A stretch of 64,000 nt of DNA from the NCBI GenBank assembly GCA_035651475.1, contig DASRFP010000002.1:46597-110596 (forward strand), in the 5' to 3' direction. This DNA is from Terriglobales bacterium (GTDB lineage Bacteria; Acidobacteriota; Terriglobia; Terriglobales; Acidobacteriaceae). A model generated the notes under the pieces. It saw only the letters and a list, made by a program, of their open reading frames with translations, ran no database searches and had not been told where the DNA came from. Positions within the stretch are counted from its first letter, which is position 1, and each line of letters starts with the position of its first letter. This document shows positions 17,374 to 26,569 of the stretch, one piece after another. Both the position numbers and the translations under genes were made by a program.

Positions 17374-18609
17374 CTATTCAGACCATCTCTTAAACAGCAG
17401 AGCGCCGTTCGTTCCGCCGAAGCCGAAGGAGTTGGACATGGCGTACTCGACTGAAGCTTTGCGCGCGTGGTTGGGAATGAAATCCATTCCGGCGGTTTCG
17501 GGATCCTGATTTTCCAGATTGATCGTCGGCGGAAGGATTTGATCACGGAGTGCGAGTACTGTGACTCCCGCCTCGAGTCCCCCAGCTCCGCCTAGCAGGT
17601 GTCCGGTCATTGATTTCGTCGAGCTGACCGCGATTTGTTGATCGCCGAAGAAATTCCGAATCGCATGCGCTTCCAGCGTGTCACCGATTGGTGTCGAAGT
17701 CCCATGAGCGTTGACGTAACCGATGTCAGTCGGCTTGATCTTGGCATCGCGCACGGCATTTTTCATCACGCGGAAGCCGCCTTCGTGCTCGGGCGCCGGC
17801 TGCGTGATGTGATAGGCGTCGCCGCTCATGCCGTAACCGACGATCTCCGCAATTGGCCTGGCACCACGAGCGCGTGCGTGTTCCAGTTCTTCGAGGATCA
17901 GAATCCCCGCGCCTTCGCCGATCACGAATCCATCGCGGTCGCGGTCCCAAGGACGGCTCGACTTTTCGGGCTCGTGGTTGCGCGTTGACAAAGCCCGCAT
18001 CGCAGCAAAACCTCCCACCCCTAGCGGAGTAATTGCCGCTTCCGAGCCACCGGCGATCATCACGTCGGCATCACCGTGTTGAATGATCCGGAATGAATCG
18101 CCGACCGAGTGAGCGCTGGTGGTGCAGGCGGTTGCCGTTGCCTCGTTCGGACCTTTAGCGCCGAACCGCATGGAAACGTGCCCAGCTGCAAGGTTCACAA
18201 TCGCGGCCGGAATAAAAAAAGGAGAGACCTTGCGCGGGCCGCCTTCCATGAGCGCGGTGTGCTCACGCTCGATGATGTCAAATCCGCCGATCCCGGAGCC
18301 AATATGCACACCAACCATCTCTGCGTTTTGCGGCGTGATCTGCAGGCCGGACATGCACATCGCCTCCTCCGCCGCCCCAAGGGCGAGATGGATGAATCGA
18401 CCCATCTTCTTTACTTCTTTTTTTTCGATGAATTGGAAAGGATCGAAGTTCTTAACTTCGGCAGCGATCTGGCAGGCGTGCTTCGAGGCGTCGAATTGCG
18501 TAATCCGCCCAACGCCGCTCTTGCCGGCCAGCAGGTTCCGCCAGACTTCGTCTGTTTTATTGCCGAGCGCGCAGATCAAGCCGAGCCCGGTTACAACAAC
18601 TCGCCGCAC
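17374..18609 (-). CDS. fabF: beta-ketoacyl-ACP synthase II
   Basis: Active-site Cys context ATACTTSAHS, His motifs HGTSTPIGD and GHLLGGAG. It lies directly downstream of acpP. Confidence 0.95.
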   Translation of the reverse strand: MRRVVVTGLGLICALGNKTDEVWRNLLAGKSGVGRITQFDASKHACQIAAEVKNFDPFQFIEKKEVKKMGRFIHLALGAAEEAMCMSGLQITPQNAEMVGVHIGSGIGGFDIIEREHTALMEGGPRKVSPFFIPAAIVNLAAGHVSMRFGAKGPNEATATACTTSAHSVGDSFRIIQHGDADVMIAGGSEAAITPLGVGGFAAMRALSTRNHEPEKSSRPWDRDRDGFVIGEGAGILILEELEHARARGARPIAEIVGYGMSGDAYHITQPAPEHEGGFRVMKNAVRDAKIKPTDIGYVNAHGTSTPIGDTLEAHAIRNFFGDQQIAVSSTKSMTGHLLGGAGGLEAGVTVLALRDQILPPTINLENQDPETAGMDFIPNHARKASVEYAMSNSFGFGGTNGALLFKRWSE

Positions 18610-18612
18610 TCG

Positions 18613-18858
18613 TTACTTCCCCGCTTTCGCGTGCTTGCCGATGTAATCGATGGCGTCCTGCACGGTGCGGATCTTTTCCGCGTCCTCATCGGGGATTTCG
18701 ATCTCGAAAGCTTCTTCGAAGGCCATGACAAGTTCGACGGTGTCCAGCGAGTCGGCGCCCAGATCGTCCACGAACGAAGCGGTGGGGGTCACTTCGCCTT
18801 CGTCCACTCCCAGTTGTTCCACGATAATCTGCTTCACTTTTTCATCAACGGCTGCCAT
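18613..18858 (-). CDS. acpP: acyl carrier protein
   Basis: 81 aa with the phosphopantetheine site [18 protein letters not shown]. Confidence 0.95.
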   Translation of the reverse strand: MAAVDEKVKQIIVEQLGVDEGEVTPTASFVDDLGADSLDTVELVMAFEEAFEIEIPDEDAEKIRTVQDAIDYIGKHAKAGK

Positions 18859-18977
18859 GTGGCTCCTCGCTCAGAAATTTAGATGGACTGCGGGGACAAA
18901 TGGAAATCCTAATCGCTGGCGGGAGTTAAGGTCAAACGGGGGGACTCGCGAGGCGGCGATATAATTCACAGATATAA

Positions 18978-21620
18978 ATGCCCCTCACCTCTGGCGCGAA
19001 GGTCGGTCCCTACGAAATTCAATCCCAGCTCGGCGCGGGAGGCATGGGTGAAGTTTATCGCGCGCGTGACACGCGGCTTGGGCGCGACGTCGCGATAAAA
19101 GTTTTGCCCGAATCTTTCGTTCGCGATGCCGAACGCCTGCACCGGTTCGAGCAGGAAGCGCGAGCGATTGCCGCGCTGAACCATCCCAATATTCTTGGGA
19201 TCTTCGATACCGGCCAGAGTAATGGCTGTCCTTATCTAGTTTCAGAACTTCTGGAAGGCGAGACGCTGCGCACGATTCTCGATCGCGGCGAATTATCGTC
19301 ACGCAAAGCCACCGACTACGCAGTGCAGATTGCGCAGGGTCTTGCCGCCGCACACGAAAAAGGGATCGTTCATCGCGATCTCAAGCCGGAGAATATCTTC
19401 GTCACAAAAGACGGCAGGATCAAAATCCTGGATTTCGGACTCGCGAAGCTGGCACAAAAATCCAGCGCGGCAAGCGCCGATGGCCTGACGATGACGAGTT
19501 CCCATACGGCTGCGGGGGTAGTCATGGGGACGGCAAGTTACATGGCACCCGAACAAGTGCGCAGCGAGTCGGTTGATCCGCGGACCGACATTTTCGCCCT
19601 TGGCGCGGTGCTGTATGAAATGTTGTCGGGCAAGCGGGCGTTCCGCCGCGAGACTCCTGCGGAAACGATGACTGCGGTCCTGAAAGAGGACCCGCCGGAC
19701 ATTTCGATCAGCATGCCGTCTGTGGCGCCTGCGCTCGACCGGATTGTTCGGCGATGTCTGGAAAAATCGCCTGAGCAGCGCTTTCAATCTGCGAGAGATC
19801 TTTCGTTCGCGCTCAGCGCTCTCTCGGGCTCGGATTCGACCGGAGCGATTCGTATTGCGGCAGGAAACGGCCCGCGTTGGTGGATATGGGCAGCCGCCAG
19901 CACCATTGCCGTCGCTCTGCTTCTTACCACCTGGTTTACCGCACGGCGCACGCCGCCCGAACCTCCCATGCAGTTCGCCATTCCGGTCAATGGAGAAGTC
20001 GGCCACCTTGCGCTGTCGGCGGATGGCTCGATGCTGGCCTTTGTCTCGCCGGATGAGAATACCGGCATTCCAATGATCTCTGTCCAAAGAGTCGGGTCAG
20101 GCGACGCGCGCATCATCGAAGGAACCGAGGGCGCCAGCTATCCGTTCTGGTCTCCCGACCTCAAGTACCTTGGCTTTTTCGCCAATGGCAAGCTGCAGAA
20201 AGTGGCTCTCACGGGCGGCCCGCCTCAGGCATTAGCAAAAGTCTGGGCCGCGCGCGGCGGAAGCTGGGGGAGCAGAGATGTGATCATCTATGCGCCGGAT
20301 TCAGGCAGTTACATATGGCGGATTAACTCAGACGGATCTGGCGCAGAAGAAATTACCAAGAAAATTTTTGTCGGGTCCGATCAATCACACCGTTGGCCGT
20401 TTTTTCTCCCCGACGGAAATCATTTCTTGTTCTGGGCGGGGAACTTCAAAGGAGCCAAGAACGACTCTGACAGCGGTATTTTTGCCAGCTCACTGGATTC
20501 GATCGAACGCAAACCGCTGGTGAAGGCCCATTCAAGTTTTTCTGTCACCGCGAAACGTCTCTTCTATGCAGACGACGATGGCCACCTTGTGTCTGCTTCG
20601 TTCGATGAGAAACACCTTGTTCTTTCGCAAAACCCATCCGTAATCGCGAACGCCGTCTCGGTACTGCCTGCCACTTATTGGGCTGCGCTCACCGCCTCAC
20701 GAAACGGCACTCTCGTTTACAGCGCTACCGCCGGAGCGCCCCTCTCCGTGCTTACCTGGATGGACCGCAGCGGCAAAGTACTAGGACAAATCGGGGAGCC
20801 GGCGGTCCAGTGCAACCCATCCATTTCCTCGGACGGCAGCAGAGTCGCGGTAGACATAAGCGACAATAAAGCCAATAACGTCGATATCTGGCTTGAGGGA
20901 GCAAGCGGCGCAGGCGCTTCGCGCTTCACCTTCGATCCCGCCGAGGAAGTTGTCGGAATATGGTCGCGAGATGACAAGACGGTGGCTTTCCGCTCTGCGG
21001 GAAGTGGTACTCAAGGCGTGGGTTTGATGCTAAAGGCCGCCAGTGGCCTGGAACAAGAACGAAACATTCAAAACATACCGGGAGCCGACGACATTGTCCC
21101 AAACTCGTGGTCACGCGACGATAAACAGGTGCTCGTCACTCACTGGACGCCGTCCGGATATTTCCTGGAACTGGTGGACCGCTCCGGAAATGCGGTTCCG
21201 TTCTTGAAAGGGGCTGGGAATCAAGGCAACGGTATGTTTTCGCCTGATGGCAAATGGGTGGCTTATGCTTCGGACGAATCGGGCACCTGGGAAGTTTACG
21301 TGACTACGTTTCCGGGGGCGGCGGGTAAATGGCAAGTTTCGCGGGGAGGCGGCACCGAACCTCGATGGCGCGGTGACAGCAAAGAAATCTTCTATCTCGC
21401 TCCGGGCGGAATTATGACTGCTGTGCCTGTGAGCACCGAAGGCATGTTTTCAACCGGCACCCCGGCAGCGCTATTTCAATTTCACGGCCGGGCCTCCATC
21501 TCCTCGACTGACGTTTTCAGTTACGACGTCAGCAAGGACGGTAAGCGCTTCCTGGTGAATCGCTATGTAAAACCGGGCCACCTGAACCCCTTAACGATTG
21601 TGCTGCACGCGGCTGATTAG
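18978..21620 (+). CDS. Ser/Thr protein kinase fused to a TolB-like PD40 beta-propeller region
   Basis: Kinase motifs [27 protein letters not shown] and APE. One TM segment ([19 protein letters not shown]) follows. The C-terminal part has repeated PD40-type strands ([51 protein letters not shown]). Confidence 0.9.
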   Translation: MPLTSGAKVGPYEIQSQLGAGGMGEVYRARDTRLGRDVAIKVLPESFVRDAERLHRFEQEARAIAALNHPNILGIFDTGQSNGCPYLVSELLEGETLRTILDRGELSSRKATDYAVQIAQGLAAAHEKGIVHRDLKPENIFVTKDGRIKILDFGLAKLAQKSSAASADGLTMTSSHTAAGVVMGTASYMAPEQVRSESVDPRTDIFALGAVLYEMLSGKRAFRRETPAETMTAVLKEDPPDISISMPSVAPALDRIVRRCLEKSPEQRFQSARDLSFALSALSGSDSTGAIRIAAGNGPRWWIWAAASTIAVALLLTTWFTARRTPPEPPMQFAIPVNGEVGHLALSADGSMLAFVSPDENTGIPMISVQRVGSGDARIIEGTEGASYPFWSPDLKYLGFFANGKLQKVALTGGPPQALAKVWAARGGSWGSRDVIIYAPDSGSYIWRINSDGSGAEEITKKIFVGSDQSHRWPFFLPDGNHFLFWAGNFKGAKNDSDSGIFASSLDSIERKPLVKAHSSFSVTAKRLFYADDDGHLVSASFDEKHLVLSQNPSVIANAVSVLPATYWAALTASRNGTLVYSATAGAPLSVLTWMDRSGKVLGQIGEPAVQCNPSISSDGSRVAVDISDNKANNVDIWLEGASGAGASRFTFDPAEEVVGIWSRDDKTVAFRSAGSGTQGVGLMLKAASGLEQERNIQNIPGADDIVPNSWSRDDKQVLVTHWTPSGYFLELVDRSGNAVPFLKGAGNQGNGMFSPDGKWVAYASDESGTWEVYVTTFPGAAGKWQVSRGGGTEPRWRGDSKEIFYLAPGGIMTAVPVSTEGMFSTGTPAALFQFHGRASISSTDVFSYDVSKDGKRFLVNRYVKPGHLNPLTIVLHAAD

Positions 21621-21622
21621 CG

Positions 21623-22072
21623 ATGCGAGCGGTCGTACAACGCGTGAGCCGCGCTCAGGTAAGCGTCGGCGAAGAAGTCATCGGCAAGATTGGGCAGGGG
21701 CTGCTTGTTCTGGTCGGCGTGGCGAAAACGGATACGAAAGAAGATGCCGACTACCTCGCGGCGAAGATTATGGGCCTGCGTATCTTCGACGACGAAAATG
21801 GCAAGATGAATTTGTCCGTCAATGAGACCCGCGGATCAGTGCTCGCGGTTTCGCAATTCACGCTCTACGGCGATGTTCGCAAAGGCAAGCGGCCGTCATT
21901 CGACGAAGCCGCCCCGCCAGCGTTAGCGCGCGAGCTCTACGAGTATTTTGTGGCGAGAATTCGCGAGACTGGGACTAAGTGCGAAACGGGCCGCTTCCAA
22001 GCGACGATGCAGGTCGAACTCGTAAACGACGGCCCGGTCACGATTCTGTTGGATTCGAAGCGCGTGTTCTGA
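21623..22072 (+). CDS. dtd: D-aminoacyl-tRNA deacylase
   Basis: 149 aa. [15 protein letters not shown]...[21 protein letters not shown] is characteristic of Dtd. Confidence 0.9.
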   Translation: MRAVVQRVSRAQVSVGEEVIGKIGQGLLVLVGVAKTDTKEDADYLAAKIMGLRIFDDENGKMNLSVNETRGSVLAVSQFTLYGDVRKGKRPSFDEAAPPALARELYEYFVARIRETGTKCETGRFQATMQVELVNDGPVTILLDSKRVF

Positions 22073-22116
22073 CCAAATTGGAGGACGTGGGCGCCCACCC
22101 CACACATTCATAAACT

Positions 22117-22231
22117 CTGTCATTCCGAGCGAGCATTCTGATCCGCAAAGCGGATCGGAAGCGGAGTCGAGGACCTGCTGTTGGCGGGAGAAAAGCAGGT
22201 TCCTCGGACCTGAAGGTCCTCGGAATGACAG
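22117..22231. repeat. MITE-like palindromic element, copy 1 (perfect 13-bp terminal inverted repeats)
   Basis: CTGTCATTCCGAG (22117-22129) and CTCGGAATGACAG (22219-22231) flank an internal hairpin GGACCTGCTG..AAAAGCAGGTTCC. Related copies are at 30085, 32035, 33768, 36988 and 59350. Confidence 0.75.
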
Positions 22232-22259
22232 CACATGAAAAGTAAGCCAGCTAGCGGAG

Positions 22260-23138
22260 CTAGACCGCCGCCAAATCAGCCAGCTTCAACGCCTCTGCGC
22301 ACGCTTTCACATCATGCGTGCGAATGATGTGCGCGCCTTTCAAAGCGAGCGCGACCTCGGCGCCTAATGTCCCGAAGGTGCGCTGGGCAATCCCGGCACC
22401 CTTGCCGTCCCGCGCCAATGCCCGGCCGATGAACGATTTGCGGGAAACACCTGCGAGCAGCGGGAATTGAAGGTCCTGAAATTCGGCGAAATGCCGAAGC
22501 AGCGGGAAATTTTCTTCAAGGCGTTTCCCGAAGCCGAATCCCGGGTCGAGCACGATGTGATCACGCTTGATTCCAGCCTGTATCGCAGCTTCGGCGCGCG
22601 CGCGCAGTTCTTTTTTTGTGAGCACAACCAGGTCGGGAACTTTGGGCAGAGACTTCCATTCGTCAGGCCGGCCGCGTGTGTGCATGAGAACAAGTCCGCA
22701 ATGGAGGTCGGCCACGGTTTTTGCCATAAAGGAATCCCACTGCAGGCCGGAGACGTCGTTCACGATTTCCACTCCTGCTTCGATGGCAGCACGCGCGACT
22801 TTTGACTTGTAGGTGTCAACGGACATGAGCGCCGCAGGTCTCTGCTCCTTTACTCCGCGAATGACTGGTAGCACGCGCTGTAGTTCTTCTTCCGCCGACA
22901 CCGAGGGATTTTCCCCGCCGACGCTCGATCCGGGGCGCGTCGACTCACCGCCGATATCGACAATATCCGCGCCCTGATCGAGCAGGTTGAGCGCGTGCGC
23001 GATGGCCGCGTTTTCGCCGAGGTGTTCCCCGCCATCGGAAAAAGAATCCGGCGTGACGTTCACAATGCCCATCACCAGCGTCCGCTTTCCTAATTCGAGC
23101 GAGCGCCTACCGAGGTTCCAGGTGAATACCGGACGCAT
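22260..23138 (-). CDS. folP: dihydropteroate synthase
   Basis: GIVNVTPDSFSDGG and DIGGESTRPG motifs. Confidence 0.9.
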   Translation of the reverse strand: MRPVFTWNLGRRSLELGKRTLVMGIVNVTPDSFSDGGEHLGENAAIAHALNLLDQGADIVDIGGESTRPGSSVGGENPSVSAEEELQRVLPVIRGVKEQRPAALMSVDTYKSKVARAAIEAGVEIVNDVSGLQWDSFMAKTVADLHCGLVLMHTRGRPDEWKSLPKVPDLVVLTKKELRARAEAAIQAGIKRDHIVLDPGFGFGKRLEENFPLLRHFAEFQDLQFPLLAGVSRKSFIGRALARDGKGAGIAQRTFGTLGAEVALALKGAHIIRTHDVKACAEALKLADLAAV

Positions 23139-23253
23139 GGAGAGATTGTAAGGGCGAATGGTTCGTGTCCCGTGGTTCTGGGTTCGTGTGTCGTGCCTAT
23201 TCGCCGTTCGGTCGCCGGAATAGAAGTTTGCGACAACTAATCACTGGCCAGAA

Positions 23254-23928
23254 TCACGTATTTAAGTGCTTCTTCAAAAACTCCAGTGAGCGTTCTCGTG
23301 CCAGCTTCGCCGCTTCTGGGTTGTAGGTTGCGCGGTCATCGCAGTTGAATCCGTGGTCGGCTTCGTACCAGAAGATCTGCACATTTGGGTGCAGGTTCTG
23401 CACATGGTCTATGTCAGATTTCGGAATGTGTTTATCGAGCGTGCCGAAATTCAGCATTACAGGGCAACGAGGATTCTCATGTGCGTAGCGAGCGATCTGA
23501 CCGCCGTAATAGCCGACGACCGCTTTGGCATCGAGGCGCGTGGCCGTAAGCCAGGCAATGGTGCCACCAAAGCAGTAACCGATGACTCCACAGTTGCGGA
23601 CGTTCTGTGAGCGTAAATACTCAAGCGCAGCGAATACGTCTTTCACCGCGTCTCCATGATCGATTTGTCTGGCGAGAGAGATGCCCTTCTGGCGGTCAGC
23701 GCCTTCGTAGCCGAATTCCACGCCGCGTTCAACCCGGTCGAACATCGCAGGCGCGATTGCAAGGAAACCGTCTCGCGCATAGCCGTCAGTCACACGTCTG
23801 ATGTGAGCGTTCACGCCGAATGCTTCCTGGATCACGACTAACCCGGCATGTGGAGTTTTCTGGGGCCGCGCCAGGTATGCTTCGAACTCATGGCCGTCGG
23901 CAGCGTTCAATTTGATCTTTTCGCCCAT
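23254..23928 (-). CDS. dienelactone hydrolase family protein
   Basis: Nucleophile elbow GVIGYCFGG and C-terminal ADHGF. The length fits DLH. Confidence 0.8.
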   Translation of the reverse strand: MGEKIKLNAADGHEFEAYLARPQKTPHAGLVVIQEAFGVNAHIRRVTDGYARDGFLAIAPAMFDRVERGVEFGYEGADRQKGISLARQIDHGDAVKDVFAALEYLRSQNVRNCGVIGYCFGGTIAWLTATRLDAKAVVGYYGGQIARYAHENPRCPVMLNFGTLDKHIPKSDIDHVQNLHPNVQIFWYEADHGFNCDDRATYNPEAAKLARERSLEFLKKHLNT

Positions 23929-23992
23929 AAAGCGCTTAAGCTAATACAGATATACACGAATCGGGCACTCGCTGCTAAAATTGGCCATGTAG

Positions 23993-25567
23993 ATGCGGAT
24001 TCAGCAACTCCCTCGATTCTTACTCTGTGTGACGTTGTTGTGCGTGTTCTCTATTCAGCCTTCGCTCGCGGCTTCGCACAGCAAGCGCACTTCTTTAAAG
24101 AAGCAGATCGAAACCTTACTCGCCCAACCCGACCTTGCTCGCGGATTTTGGGGAATCGAGATTGCTTCAGCCAAGACGGGCAAAATTCTTTATTCGCTCA
24201 ATGCGGACCGGCTGTTTACCCCTGCTTCGAATACTAAGTTGTTCACCACGGCAGCGGCGCTGGCGCTGATTGGCCCCGACTACAAGTTCCGCACCACGGT
24301 TGAAACGAACGGCTCGCTCGACAAATACGGCCGGCTCACGGGAGACGTGGTTCTGGTGGGGCGCGGCGATCCTATGCTTTCCGGGCGCGAACTTCCTTAC
24401 AACGTGCACACGCAGCGTGACGCGGATCCCGTGCGGGTGCTCGAGCAACTTGCTGATGAGCTGGCGCAAAAGGGAGTGAAGTACGTTGATGGGGATGTAG
24501 TCGCTGACGACTCTTATTTTGCATTCGAGCGTTACGGCGAGGGCTGGAGCCAGGACGATCTCGTTTGGGCCGACGGCGCTCCGGTTTCTGCTCTGACGAT
24601 TAATGACAACGTAGTTTTCGTCAACATCCTGCCCGGCGCACATCCGGGAGACAAAGCTTTTGTCAGCGTCACGCCATTCGCCGGTTACTACACGATCGAC
24701 AATCGGCTGATGACCACACCCTCCGGAAGTGGCCGCCGAATCTACATCAATCGGGAGCCCGGCTCGACACAGCTGACCTTGTGGGGAACGATCCCGGTTG
24801 ACGATACGGGCGCGAATGAAGGATTAGCAATTGAGGATCCTGCCGAATTTGCGGCCACGCTGTTTCGGCGTTTGTTGGAGGTCAGGGGGATCGCGATCTA
24901 CGGCAAGGACCGCACCCGTCACACAGAACTCGCAAACCTGACTACGTTCACCAGTACGGTGGTTGCTGGAGGCGGCGGCGGAGACCACGCGCTCACTTCA
25001 CCTGCCGGGCCGCTAGTTTTGGCGGAGCATCAGTCGGCTCCGCTTTCCGAAGACATTCAGGTGATCAATAAAGTCAGCCAGAACCTGCACGCGGAGATTC
25101 TTTTGCGATTGCTCGGGCGTGAAAAAGGCACGGCGGGGACGGTCGAAGCCGGACTCGAAGTGCTGCGCGGCTTCTTAAACAACGCCGGAATTTCGAGCGA
25201 CGAATATGATTTTCACGATGGATCGGGCTTGTCGCGGCAAAATCTTGTCACGCCGCATGCGGTTGTGCAGTTGCTGCAGTATGCGGCGAATCAGCCGTGG
25301 GGAGCGGAGTTTCGCCAGTCGCTGCCCGTGGCGGGAGTCGATGGCTCGCTTGCCGATCGCCTGAAAGATCTGCGACCGGGAGTGCAGGTATTCGGCAAGA
25401 CGGGATCGCTTGGCGGCGTGAAGAGCCTCTCCGGGTACGCGGTCACGGCAAAAGGTGAGCAGCTCATTTTTTCGATCATGTCGAATAATGAGAGCGTGCA
25501 GAGCAAGCGCGTGACGGATGCGATCGATAGCGTTGTGGAGGCCGTGGTTCAGCCAACTGCAAAATGA
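23993..25567 (+). CDS. dacB: D-alanyl-D-alanine carboxypeptidase/endopeptidase (PBP4, peptidase S13)
   Basis: Signal peptide present. Motifs SxxK (PASNTKL), SxN (KVSQNLH) and KTG (GKTGSL). Confidence 0.85.
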   Translation: MRIQQLPRFLLCVTLLCVFSIQPSLAASHSKRTSLKKQIETLLAQPDLARGFWGIEIASAKTGKILYSLNADRLFTPASNTKLFTTAAALALIGPDYKFRTTVETNGSLDKYGRLTGDVVLVGRGDPMLSGRELPYNVHTQRDADPVRVLEQLADELAQKGVKYVDGDVVADDSYFAFERYGEGWSQDDLVWADGAPVSALTINDNVVFVNILPGAHPGDKAFVSVTPFAGYYTIDNRLMTTPSGSGRRIYINREPGSTQLTLWGTIPVDDTGANEGLAIEDPAEFAATLFRRLLEVRGIAIYGKDRTRHTELANLTTFTSTVVAGGGGGDHALTSPAGPLVLAEHQSAPLSEDIQVINKVSQNLHAEILLRLLGREKGTAGTVEAGLEVLRGFLNNAGISSDEYDFHDGSGLSRQNLVTPHAVVQLLQYAANQPWGAEFRQSLPVAGVDGSLADRLKDLRPGVQVFGKTGSLGGVKSLSGYAVTAKGEQLIFSIMSNNESVQSKRVTDAIDSVVEAVVQPTAK

Positions 25568-25582
25568 CGGTATAACCGTTCT

Positions 25583-25624
25583 CCGGCTTAGCTCATCCGG
25601 CTTTGCTCATCCGGCTTTGCCCAT
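25583..25624. repeat. three tandem copies of a 14-bp unit (CCGGCTTTGCTCAT)
   Basis: ccggcttagctcat / ccggctttgctcat / ccggctttgcccat, starting 16 nt after the dacB stop. Confidence 0.85.
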
Positions 25625-25704
25625 CAAGCCAGCGCCCGTTTCGCCGGCTGCATCTATAATTGCTCCGCAATTGCTCGGCGCAAAGTTCTGCTAAGGAGGA
25701 ACTC

Positions 25705-26103
25705 ATGTCGCAATCGATACCTGAAAAGTACCGCGATCTTTTTACCAAACGTGCATTCGCCAGCTTGGGAACATTAATGAGCGATGGCTCGCCGCAAGTG
25801 ACGCCGGTTTGGGTGGATCTGGATGGCGACCTGGTCGTGGTGAATACGGCCAGAGGTCGTCAGAAGGACAAGAATATGCGCCGCGATCCACGGGTGGCAC
25901 TGGCGATTATCGATCCTGAAAATCCGTATCGATATCTCGAAATTCGCGGCCGTGTGGCGGAGATAACCGAAGAGGGCGCCGACGCCCACATCGACAAGAT
26001 GGCGAAAAAATATTTGGGCGCGGATAAGTACCCCTATCGGCAGGGAGGCGAGGTACGCGTGATGTTCAAGATCAGGCCGGAGAGAACGAGCACGATGGGG
26101 TAA
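25705..26103 (+). CDS. PPOX-class (pyridoxamine 5'-phosphate oxidase family) probable F420/FMN-dependent protein
   Basis: AAGGAGGA RBS before ATG 25705. ..GSPQVTPVWVDLDGDLVVVNTARGRQKDKNMRRDPRVALAIIDPENPYRYLEIRGR.. is typical of the split-barrel family. Confidence 0.75.
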   Translation: MSQSIPEKYRDLFTKRAFASLGTLMSDGSPQVTPVWVDLDGDLVVVNTARGRQKDKNMRRDPRVALAIIDPENPYRYLEIRGRVAEITEEGADAHIDKMAKKYLGADKYPYRQGGEVRVMFKIRPERTSTMG

Positions 26104-26126
26104 GTGTTCGGGCTGGATGGAGCGCC

Positions 26127-26432
26127 TTACTTCCACCACTTATCATGCAGCGCAATGAGCACGCTGATCGCGGTAGTCAGCGCGGCATTTACCAGACGGT
26201 CGTAGACTCCGCGGCGAACGTCATTGCGCTCGAGAATGCCGAGGCGGTTCTCGATGAGGCTGATTCGTCCCGGCTGGCCTCCTCCGACGAGCATCTCCAT
26301 CCTGGTTTCCAATCGCGCCAGTTTTTCCAGCACTTCGCATTGAAAATCGTTATCAGTCACGCGGACCACGAGCGGATGCTTCGTCGCGTCGTGAACAGTT
26401 GCGGCGGGTTCGCAATTATCTTGGGTTCGCAT
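26127..26432 (-). CDS. hypothetical C-terminally membrane-anchored small protein (last gene of the phage-like block)
   Basis: 101 aa. The central part is coiled-coil-like (LEKLARLETRMEML) and the C-terminus is hydrophobic (LVNAALTTAISVLIAL). A holin-like role is only a guess. Confidence 0.4.
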   Translation of the reverse strand: MRTQDNCEPAATVHDATKHPLVVRVTDNDFQCEVLEKLARLETRMEMLVGGGQPGRISLIENRLGILERNDVRRGVYDRLVNAALTTAISVLIALHDKWWK

Positions 26433-26569
26433 AAAAGGCAGCTCTCAGCCATCAGCCATCAGCCCTCAGCTTCGGTCGTTAGTTCGTGGATTTCTATAAG
26501 ACACCGCAAATGCAGATGAAAACAGCAGCCTAGTTGTCAGCTAAGAGCTACAGGCTAATAGCTAGTAGC

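Noticed and set aside
23160-23200. GGTTCGTG-type short repeats (also at 58375-58475) as a distinct regulatory element
   Set aside because: Only two loci were seen, the matches are short and degenerate, and the sequence is low-complexity. There is not enough to call a family. They are mentioned only as a contrast to the CAGC heptad arms.
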